NCBI GenBank assembly: GCA_902790215.1
Contig: CADAQX010000021.1
Coordinates: 3,601-67,600 of the forward strand
Length of the DNA stretch: 64,000 nucleotides
DNA from: an uncultured Bacteroidota bacterium
GTDB lineage: Bacteria; Bacteroidota; Bacteroidia; Bacteroidales; P3
Direction: 5' to 3'
Numbering within the stretch: the first letter of the stretch is position 1; each line of letters begins with the position of its first letter. The notes beneath the pieces were generated by a model. The model was given only the letters and a program-made list of their open reading frames with translations, made no database searches and was not told where the DNA came from. The position numbers were made by a program, and so were the translations under genes. Below, piece by piece: positions 54,301 to 61,637 of the stretch.

Positions 54301-55231
54301 CGACCTCAGCAGCTATGCCGGACAGGACATCAGCGTGGCCTGGCGGCTCCACAGCACACCCAACGCCCATGGAGTGGCCATCGACGACATCTCCCTCACC
54401 CGCAACTCCCCCCAATACTACACCCTCACCGTCGCCGCCGCCGACACCGCCATGGGCTGTACAGCCGGTGGCGGCAGCTATCCGGCAGGCTCGCAAGCCA
54501 TCCTTGCCGCCGTGGCGCGCCAGGGATACGGATTCGTACAGTGGGATGACAACAGCACCGCCCTCGTCCGCCCCGTCACCGTCACCGCCAACAGGAGCTA
54601 CACCGCCCACTTCGCCCAACTCACAGCCTACGACACCGTCGTAGTGCACGACACACTTCCCACCCACGACACCGCCTACGTCCTCGACACCCTGGTCATC
54701 CACGACACAGCATACGTCCTCGACACCGTCACCCTCCGCGACACAACCATAGTGGAACGGCTAATCCACGACACCGTGTGGGCAGCCGTCGACTACCACC
54801 TCCTCACCGTTGCCCCGTTGCAGCCGGCGCAAGGCATCGCCGTGGGCTCGGGCCGCTACAGCGACAGCACCATAGTCGAGATAGCCGCCATACCCGTAAG
54901 TGGCTACCGCTTCACACAGTGGAGCGACGGCAGCTCCGAAACCCCGCGCCACATCGTGGTCGACACCGACATAAGTCTGACAGCCGGCTTCGAAGCCGAC
55001 AACACATCTGTCACCTCCGTTGAAGCCGACGGCATCACAATCACTGCCGACGGCCTCGACATCAGCGTGCAGGGAGCCTTCGGCCAACAGCTGCGCATCT
55101 TCGATGCCATAGGCCGCCTGCTCGCCACCCACCACAGCACCGCCGACACCCACACATTCCGCATGCCCGCCGCAGGCGTCTACCTGATTCAGACCGGCAA
55201 CCGCCCTGCACACCGCATCGTCCTGAGATAA
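51314..55231 (+). CDS. Multidomain C10-family (streptopain/SpeB-like) cysteine protease with a T9SS CTD
   Basis: N-terminal Spi-type prodomain (KARQAAYNFL...FYVF). Catalytic Cys in VTGCVATATGQLMRYW and His in GHTFLCDGYD...NWGWSG. Listeria-Bacteroides repeats (GNRFTGWSDG, GYGFVQWDD, GYRFTQWSDG), a cleaved-adhesin-like domain and a CTD ending AGVYLIQTGNRPAHRIVLR. Confidence 0.85.
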   Translation: MRKILLSLIAWVTLSATLQVAASPVDAGKARQAAYNFLKANGIKINRLTDITAQTGYREFYVFAGTDGRGFVLVSGDDCVTPILGYSATGAFVTEGMPANLRQWLDSYEDQIRFYRHAQHPGGIATAPAGSPVRQQWQRLMSGSLPTPPCNTPVSPLITTAWDQQTFYNSLCPFDSTENLRTVTGCVATATGQLMRYWSHPDTGYGSHSFLHSTYGTLSANFNTGYNWSAMPAQLTSSSTAAEVNAVATLLHHIGVAVEMNYGTATTRGSGAYTNGDGQASRPSAENALRHYFKYKSSLHLVRKDDVSDSAWRALLRNELDNGRPVIYDGYDTASGHTFLCDGYDSTGLFHFNWGWSGNSDGYYAIGHLDFAGSSAYHSYNLRNSVLIGIEPNNAFGSNTVVSATANNSGYGSTSGSGTYSGTGSTLVTLTATAVTGNRFTGWSDGYKYNPRLFYANGGNYSFTANFEPLTGDTLSHCNGTYIARAGMNSGTSYWGIRLPASVLTPGHDLTAAMLYVLEPGNYTLNIYTGSSSPTTLVHTQAFTATAAQTKNWLSVPLTAPVAVSGSQSIWITFNSTGLYQPAALTYYSGSNHSRLWGSSYTPNTSWNYSFMVRGVFTAPPVYEDTVSYCGDDTATLYVGSQRNIWWGIRLPPAMHQHRQYLTDVMLFVDTAGDYDIQIFQGDTTCDSTRSASFSTTFTASAAYTWQIIHIPFPVTLIDSLPLWITFHNGVARYPASMTNYTGDSNSCLVWRPAENTWRSLYAASHGNVSGSWMIKAVFSNLAPMPFTLAGPVSVGVDIPAAYTVSCPYPASFNWTVTGALLDTAAGTAITALWDTAGDYTVALSAEYGGVLMADTLLVEVHSCNNNTFPYAMGFEVTDDLSCWRFIDREGDGHTWTHTTGDSTLAHQGSGAIVSTSRGGASSTRPTDNWIVSPRMQLDSGHYYQLMWYDRAADASHLSGHYSVYISTTGSHVEDFNGMALFQTTPSSDQYTLRTLDLSSYAGQDISVAWRLHSTPNAHGVAIDDISLTRNSPQYYTLTVAAADTAMGCTAGGGSYPAGSQAILAAVARQGYGFVQWDDNSTALVRPVTVTANRSYTAHFAQLTAYDTVVVHDTLPTHDTAYVLDTLVIHDTAYVLDTVTLRDTTIVERLIHDTVWAAVDYHLLTVAPLQPAQGIAVGSGRYSDSTIVEIAAIPVSGYRFTQWSDGSSETPRHIVVDTDISLTAGFEADNTSVTSVEADGITITADGLDISVQGAFGQQLRIFDAIGRLLATHHSTADTHTFRMPAAGVYLIQTGNRPAHRIVLR

Positions 55232-55252
55232 CCCAACCCCCGGCAACACCGC

Positions 55253-55558
55253 CGCGCACCCTCCGCCACCCGCTCTTCAAACGTCGTAGCGTCGTCATTT
55301 ATCCACTCGTTATTCGATCGATATTCGCTCGTTTTCCCTTTTGGAAAGGGAAAAATGAGGGAAAAAGAGTGAATATCAGGGGGAAAAGAAACGACACCAC
55401 AGCGACTGCCGATACAAAGAATTGACAAAACAACACGTTCTCGCATCGCCTATCTGAAGATATTTGAAGATATTGGTATATAAGCGAGAATTAAGGAAGA
55501 TTGCGTCAAGTTGAGGTTCAAGGTCAGAAAGAAAGTGTGTACTTTTGCAGCGGTTTTC
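55253..55558 (+). repeat. Dispersed intergenic repeat, subtype 2, copy E
   Basis: Aligns over its full length with 17408-17712. The -7-like box TACTTTTG lies at 55540-55547. Confidence 0.9.
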
Positions 55559-55768
55559 TGCGGACGGCCAGTAGACTGCTATATGCTCTGTCCTGTTCGC
55601 TCACTCTGTTGCCGGGGGATTGGAAAAAATTTGGCGTTTTAATTATTTTTATTATCTTTGTAGGCAGAAAAACTTCCGTCAGGCTCCCTTATTCTACACA
55701 TAACGCATTGGTATTACTACATTTAATCAACAATAAACATATTACAAACCCTTTGAATTATAAAAATC

Positions 55769-57147
55769 ATGAAGAAAAAATTCCTTTTTCCCCTGATGCT
55801 TCTGGGTTGCTGGCTTTTTTTTCCACAGACCACAATGGCACAGTATCCCCCCGATTATGCTTCGGCATACTACAGTGGAGCAATGCCACAGCATCCTACC
55901 GTCATCCGTAAGGTGGATGCCTCCTCGGCGTTGGTTTCTTATTACGATGACAACTTAAGGAGAAGCGTCATTTCCCTGATTGACCTCTCGATGAACAGTA
56001 AAATGCTGTCCTAAAGGAGAACCATACCGTTTATGACATGAGGATAACGGGCGACAATGTCTATTTCTGCGGGACGGTGTATGACGGTGCCAAGGCTTTT
56101 ATCGGGCATGTGTCCATCACCGGTTTAATTTCATCCACGCCCACAATCTACTATTATTATTTGGACCAATATTCATCCGTGCTTAAAAGGCTGGTGGCGT
56201 ATGACTTTAACGGAAAGCAGAAAGTGGTTGCCGTGGGCACGCATCACTTTATTAACAATGGAGTCTTTACCTGTCCGTACGACCCTGTTTACCATCCATA
56301 CACTTGCAAATGCTACTTCGTCGTGGAAGGAGACTTCTATAATGAATCATTATTGAATTATCCTAATATCCCATATCTCGCCACAAACGATACATACCAT
56401 AACGAGGATATTACCGAAGTGATAGAAACCCCTAATTACGTGGCACTGGTAGGACACTACTATGAGGTGAATTCCCCTGTCATCCACCCTTGCCAGAAAG
56501 GTAATGTCCTTGGGTCTTTCCCGAATAACGGTCACTATTATCCTTCCGCACCCGAAGAAGGCCATTCAGACTACCACGGATGCGTGATGAATGGCGACAC
56601 CATTGCTGTGGCCTCCCTTTCATCCTATTTTGACGGCATGGGGATGGTGCAATTCTCAACCAATGTAAGGGTCTTTGATTTGGCCAGCATGACCAATACG
56701 GAGGCTCAGATGGTTCCTTTGAACACCAAGAGCGAGCCATATGATTTGGTGTACATGCCAGACAAGGGTCGGCTTGTACTGCTGCAGGACATCTGCCTTC
56801 CCCCTCATCCTTGCGACCAGAACATGTTCATGCATCTGGAGCCATACACTCCGGCGCCATATGTTGCCAAATGCTGGTATGAGTCCCACTGGAACAAGCC
56901 GTTCTATTCTCTCGACCGGTTGTCCGGTGATTACTATCTGGCTGCCGGAGGACAGTACTGGTGCATGAAAGAGTTGATGAATATTAATTCCGGCGGGTGC
57001 TACATACCTGACAACATCAACGTCCAGGCGCTTAACACTCTCCCCTTCATAACGTTCACCCACTCGTATATAAACAAGACGCCTAACATATCTAAGTCTC
57101 CCGCCTATATATATGTCGGTGGATCCATTCGCCAAGAATGTTTCTAA
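55769..57147 (+). pseudogene. Secreted Cys-rich protein of unknown function, split by a frameshift at an A4 run (56000-56003)
   Basis: ORF 55769..56014 carries only a signal peptide plus about 55 aa. ORF 56038..57147 is open from 56002 in the +1 frame. One extra A would fuse them into about 459 aa. Confidence 0.6.
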
Positions 57148-57161
57148 TTAAATACATGAAT

Positions 57162-58547
57162 ATGAAAAAGTTATTTTTATTATTAGTGATAATCTCGTCC
57201 CTGTTTACCCTCAGGGCACAGGACACTATATATCCATTTGCACCCGGTCAAATATTTGAATCCGACTCGATTAATAGCTATGAGAATAACCCTCCTGGTT
57301 TTAACTATCTTTCTGTGCTTACTCAAATTAGATTTTGTCCGGCGGTCGTATCCGACCGAATGGTTACAGGTTTGGCCATTTCAGGAGATTATAGTGAGAT
57401 CCTGAATCATCTTTACCCTGGTGAACCGGTGAAAATATGGGGAGTGATAGCGACATTGGACAGCAATGACTATAGACATCCTACATTTCATTTCACTCAG
57501 CCACTTACCCTTAATCAAGATGAAACGCATTATTCTTATGCATATAGATATACCCATCTTCCTTCCGATTGTTATATTGGAATACACTACACCGCTGAAT
57601 GCCCGGACAAAGTAGAGATAGACACCGTTTTCGGTGCAACAATTTTATATTTTGACAATCCGCTCATACTCAACGATACATTTTGGATGAGTGAAATTGT
57701 CACTGATGCCCAAGACTATAGCAATTTACTTACCATGGATATCCGAACCATAGATCAATGCTTTAATGGCTTTAATGCGATTCATCATAATCTTCCATTC
57801 ATATTTTATAGATTTGACAGTATAGTTCAACATAATCTCACAATAGATCTACATAATCTCACATCGGCCATGCGCGGTTCCACTTACGGTTACAGTAGAG
57901 CTCTCATTTGTCCTGTATTCACACTGCCGGACACGGACAGTTTCGGGTGCCCGGAGGTGGAGGAATTTGCCTTTGCGGGGATGAATGCGGGGTCGCCCAC
58001 CTTTGTGTGGGACACCGCCTCGGAACATGAGGTGCACCAGGTGGCCTACGGCCCCTATGACGCACCGTTGGAGAGCCTGCGCATTGCAGAGACCAACGCA
58101 AGGTTTCTTGAATTGTTCGACAATTCGCTACGCCCCGACATCTATTACCAGGCGCGTGTCCGCGCACGCTGCCACCACCGCTGCCCCATCCACGACACGG
58201 TGATGTGGACGGCCTGGAGCGCACCCGTCTATTTCTACACAGGTGACCACATGCCCGACACCACGCACCAGCCCGAGGGCATCGATGCCCCCGGGGAGGT
58301 GCTGCCCTTTGCCATCGTGCCCAACCCCTCACGCTCGGGAGCACGGCAGGTGGTGGAGATTGGGCGGCAGGTGCCACTGCAGGGCTTGACGCTCTCCCTG
58401 CACGACGCCGCCGGGCACGAGGTGCTGCGCATGGAGGTGAAGGAACAACGCTTCGCCCTGCCCGCCAGTCTGCCCGCCGGGGTGTACGTGGCCACCCTCT
58501 CGTCACCCCAAGGCACAGCCGTCCGCCGGGTGGTAGTGGAGAGTTGA
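57162..58547 (+). CDS. T9SS cargo protein of unknown function (AT-rich 5' part, GC-rich 3' part)
   Basis: Signal peptide MKKLFLLLVIISSLFTLRAQ. The C-terminal FAIVPNPSRSGARQVVEI...GVYVATLSSPQGTAVRRVVVES is a T9SS CTD. Alternative starts at 57138 and 57156. Confidence 0.75.
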   Translation: MKKLFLLLVIISSLFTLRAQDTIYPFAPGQIFESDSINSYENNPPGFNYLSVLTQIRFCPAVVSDRMVTGLAISGDYSEILNHLYPGEPVKIWGVIATLDSNDYRHPTFHFTQPLTLNQDETHYSYAYRYTHLPSDCYIGIHYTAECPDKVEIDTVFGATILYFDNPLILNDTFWMSEIVTDAQDYSNLLTMDIRTIDQCFNGFNAIHHNLPFIFYRFDSIVQHNLTIDLHNLTSAMRGSTYGYSRALICPVFTLPDTDSFGCPEVEEFAFAGMNAGSPTFVWDTASEHEVHQVAYGPYDAPLESLRIAETNARFLELFDNSLRPDIYYQARVRARCHHRCPIHDTVMWTAWSAPVYFYTGDHMPDTTHQPEGIDAPGEVLPFAIVPNPSRSGARQVVEIGRQVPLQGLTLSLHDAAGHEVLRMEVKEQRFALPASLPAGVYVATLSSPQGTAVRRVVVES

Positions 58548-58614
58548 GATTTGAGAATTGAGAATTGAGAATTGAGAGTTGGATGCTGGCGCGGTTTGCC
58601 GGCATCCTTTTTTT
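58541..58614 (+). terminator. GAGAATT heptamer array plus intrinsic terminator
   Basis: gagttgagatttgagaattgagaattgagaattgagagtt, then stem ggatgctggc/gccggcatcc (10 bp including one G-U pair) and a T7 run. Confidence 0.75.
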
Positions 58615-58634
58615 GTGGTTTTTGGTAAGTAGAG

Positions 58635-58686
58635 GTAAGTTGACATCCAGGTCAGAAAGGAAGTGTGTACTTTTGCAGCGGTTTTC
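58635..58686 (+). repeat. Partial subtype-2 repeat (3' module only), copy F
   Basis: 58649-58686 matches 55521-55558 at 37 of 38 positions. The -7-like box lies at 58668-58675. Confidence 0.85.
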
Positions 58687-58854
58687 AGACAGACCATCCC
58701 TTGTTGAGCATGGTGAGCGAGCTTTCTCTACCCTTGCATTGCACAAGTATGATTTTTCAACTTTTGGGCGTTGATTATTTTTCATAAGAGTGGCTCTCCA
58801 TTCAAATAAAAGGGTGTAATTTTGCATTTTGAAAAATAATATCCTAATTGCGCA

Positions 58855-60564
58855 ATGAAAACAAACCACCACACTCGCTTCAGCCTCGTCTTTTTTGCGT
58901 TGGCGGCCATGGCTGTCGCCACCCCTTCAGGCATCAGTGCCCAAGAGCCCGTGCTCTCGGCACAGACTGAGCATCAATACAATGACGACATCCACGCGTT
59001 TATCCTGAAACGCCTTCGCCAGACCACTCTGCAGCGCGAGAAACAGATGAACAAGCAGGTGCAGCATCTGCTTGTCAATCTGCCTAACGCCGAGAAACTG
59101 TATGACGAAACTTTCGTGAAAATCACCACAGCGGTGCAGGAAGACACCACAGAAGAGGGCAAACCGGAGATTAACTTTGTGTACAATATCTCCTACAACT
59201 GCCATCATTTCGAGGGCACCGAGGATGACTATCCGTCGGGGGCATACCAGTGGAACACCTCCAACTCGTGCCGTGCCATCTGCAACCTGACCAAGAAAAT
59301 GATTGAGGAACAACTGTCGGACATCTTTGCCTCGGGCAAAGGCACGACGGTGACAATCACATCCACCACCGATGCAGCCGAAATCACACATATTGACTAC
59401 AAAGGCGAGTATGGCGATTTCCGCTATATGCCCGCGGTGTTCAACGACGAGAACGTGCGTATCTCGGTCGATGTGAAGGACGGCATCACCACCAATGCCC
59501 AGCTGGCCTATATCCGCGCACAGAGCGTGCACAACTGGATAGACGAGAGCATCGCCGCCCTGAAGGGGAGCGACTACCGCTATGTGACCCGCTGTTTTGA
59601 CATGACCGGTCCGCACTACCGCCGCAGCAGTCTGCAGATTGTGGTGCACGGAGCTTTCGACGCCGCCGCCCGCAGCCTGGAGGCCGCACTGCTCAACGAC
59701 GAGTATGTGGACTTCAACATCCCGTCAATAGAAGAGAACCTGAACAGCAAGACCTACGCCCTGATTATCGCCGACGAAGAGTACACGGCCCCGCTGCCCA
59801 ACTGCGACTTTGCCACCAATGACGGGGATGTGCTGCACCAGTATTTCGTGCACACGCTGGGCATCCCCACCCGCCACGTGAAGGTGCTGCACAATGCCGG
59901 CCGCCAGGAGATATACGACATGGGCATTCACTGGCTCAAGGACATCATCAAGGCGCAGAGCGGCGACGTGCACATCATCATCTACTATGCCGGACACGGC
60001 ATCACCAACCAGAAGTTCGCCCCCTATCTGATGCCCAGTGGCATCGACGTGAGCAAGATTCGCTCGTTCCGCACCAAGACCGGCAACCTGCCGGAAGACC
60101 TTGTGCTGAAAGGCGGCGACGCGGAGAAGGTGCTGAGCCAGTGCATCTCGTTTGACACGCTGACAGGCTGGTTCAACCGGGTGGAAGCGCTGAGCTATAC
60201 CTTTATCATCGATGCCAGTTTCGACGGCATTCAGCGCAGCGGCAAACCATTCTTTACTATCAAGAAGGAGTCGAAGCGCTATCGTGCGCCGCGTGTGCGC
60301 AGCGACATTGTCATCTTCATGGCAGCCGACGGCGACAAAACCGCCTACTCATTTATCGACCAGCACCACGGTTTCTTCACCTACTATATCCTGAAGGAGC
60401 TGAAATACTCCCGCGGAGAAATCACCTTCCAAGACCTCTTCAACAACGTGACGAAGAACCAGGCCTACGAGTCGTCGCTGCAAGGCAAGTTGCAGGAACC
60501 CGCCATGATTATCGGCGGCAAGCTGGGCGAGAACTGGGGCACGCGCACCTTTATCAACAACTGA
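58855..60564 (+). CDS. Secreted caspase-fold (peptidase C14-like) protein with Ser at the expected catalytic Cys position
   Basis: Signal peptide. C-terminal half has YALIIADEEY, HIIIYYAGHG (His box) and FIIDASFDG where C14 enzymes have D-A-C. A TAATTTTG box lies at 58817-58824. Confidence 0.7.
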   Translation: MKTNHHTRFSLVFFALAAMAVATPSGISAQEPVLSAQTEHQYNDDIHAFILKRLRQTTLQREKQMNKQVQHLLVNLPNAEKLYDETFVKITTAVQEDTTEEGKPEINFVYNISYNCHHFEGTEDDYPSGAYQWNTSNSCRAICNLTKKMIEEQLSDIFASGKGTTVTITSTTDAAEITHIDYKGEYGDFRYMPAVFNDENVRISVDVKDGITTNAQLAYIRAQSVHNWIDESIAALKGSDYRYVTRCFDMTGPHYRRSSLQIVVHGAFDAAARSLEAALLNDEYVDFNIPSIEENLNSKTYALIIADEEYTAPLPNCDFATNDGDVLHQYFVHTLGIPTRHVKVLHNAGRQEIYDMGIHWLKDIIKAQSGDVHIIIYYAGHGITNQKFAPYLMPSGIDVSKIRSFRTKTGNLPEDLVLKGGDAEKVLSQCISFDTLTGWFNRVEALSYTFIIDASFDGIQRSGKPFFTIKKESKRYRAPRVRSDIVIFMAADGDKTAYSFIDQHHGFFTYYILKELKYSRGEITFQDLFNNVTKNQAYESSLQGKLQEPAMIIGGKLGENWGTRTFINN

Positions 60565-60657
60565 TTGATTGCTTGATTGTCTGATTGCTTGATTGCTTGA
60601 GTGATTTGACCGCGCCAGCCACTCAGGAATTAACACAATCAAGCATTCAAGCAATAT
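60563..60657. repeat. TTGCTTGATTG/CAATCAAGCAA word-hairpin, copy c
   Basis: It starts at the stop codon of the caspase-like gene. Its arms are near-identical to those of copy b (35531-35621). Confidence 0.85.
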
Positions 60658-60813
60658 CTTTCAACTTTCAAATTTCAATTCGTCAGGCATTCAATATATG
60701 AGATTAAAAAACAAAAGAATACATCCCGATAATGGTTTTTTTGTGGGGGAATATACTTTTTCCCCCACTTTTTCGTTATCCAAGCAAAATAATAACAACA
60801 GACAATATCAACA

Positions 60814-61533
60814 ATGAAGAAAATCGTATGTGCAGCCGCCATGTTGCTGCTTACCGTCGGAGCCCTCAGCGCTCAGAACAATTTCCGCGGTATCGTCAGA
60901 TACAAGATTGAGAGTACCGGAAAAGTCGCCATTACAATCAAGCCTGAACAGTCCACTGCCGAGATCAAGGTCTACGACAACCAGATTCTCTCCGGCCAGA
61001 CCGTCCAGACGGGTTTCAAGATTGCCACAGCACAGGATTTCAGCCCCTATATCTCCTACCTTGCCGCCAATGACATAGAGCTCGAGACCTACACAGGCGA
61101 CGGCAAATTCCTTATCCGCGACGAAATCGCTAAAGAGAAACTCGACAGCGGCTACATTGTGGACAAAGAGCCCGGCCATTACTACTACGAGAACGTGGAC
61201 GAGACCCAGGAGATGCTCGGCTACACCGCCCACAAGCTCATCATGCACCGCTATGACGAGGAAGGCAACGACAACCCCGCCATCTGCTGGTATACCACCG
61301 AAATCGGACCCGAGTACTGCCTTGTTCTGGGAGCCATCAAGGGATTTCCCCTCGTCTATACCCAGGAGTTGGGCGAAGGCCGTGCCATCACCTACACCGC
61401 CACAGAGATTGTCAAGGGAAAAGTGAAAGAGACCGACATGCTGCTGCCTGCCGGCTACAAGGATGCCTCCGGTGAAGAGTTCGAGACTTTCCAGCGCGAG
61501 ATGCAGGAAGCCTTTGAGCTGCTGGGAGACTAA
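60814..61533 (+). CDS. Secreted protein, possibly GLPGLI-like family
   Basis: Signal peptide. ICWYTTEIGPEYCLVLGAIKGFPLVY weakly resembles the GLPGLI family core. Confidence 0.55.
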   Translation: MKKIVCAAAMLLLTVGALSAQNNFRGIVRYKIESTGKVAITIKPEQSTAEIKVYDNQILSGQTVQTGFKIATAQDFSPYISYLAANDIELETYTGDGKFLIRDEIAKEKLDSGYIVDKEPGHYYYENVDETQEMLGYTAHKLIMHRYDEEGNDNPAICWYTTEIGPEYCLVLGAIKGFPLVYTQELGEGRAITYTATEIVKGKVKETDMLLPAGYKDASGEEFETFQREMQEAFELLGD

Positions 61534-61543
61534 TTGAATAAAC

Positions 61544-61606
61544 GTAAGAAGTAAGAACTAAGAGGTAAGAATTAAGATTCGTAGCTCTTAGTTCTTACTT
61601 CTTAGT
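61544..61606 (+). terminator. Long hairpin terminator built from TAAGAA words
   Basis: gtaagaagtaagaactaagag pairs with ctcttagttcttacttctta (about 20 bp) around a loop of about 20 nt. Confidence 0.7.
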
Positions 61607-61637
61607 TCTTACATTTTAACCAACAAACACCCCACTC

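Noticed and set aside
55559-58686. The cassette as a classical mobile element (IS, transposon or ICE fragment).
   Set aside because: No transposase, integrase or recombinase gene and no terminal inverted repeats are visible. Only direct repeats derived from the dispersed element flank it. I therefore report it as a recombination cassette hypothesis, not as a mobile_element feature.
57919-58872. 317-aa minus-strand ORF spanning the 3' part of the T9SS cargo gene and the downstream spacer.
   Set aside because: It is an Arg/Pro/Ala-rich artefact of the very GC-rich segment. It crosses a terminator and a repeat copy, and the + strand encodes a clear T9SS CTD.
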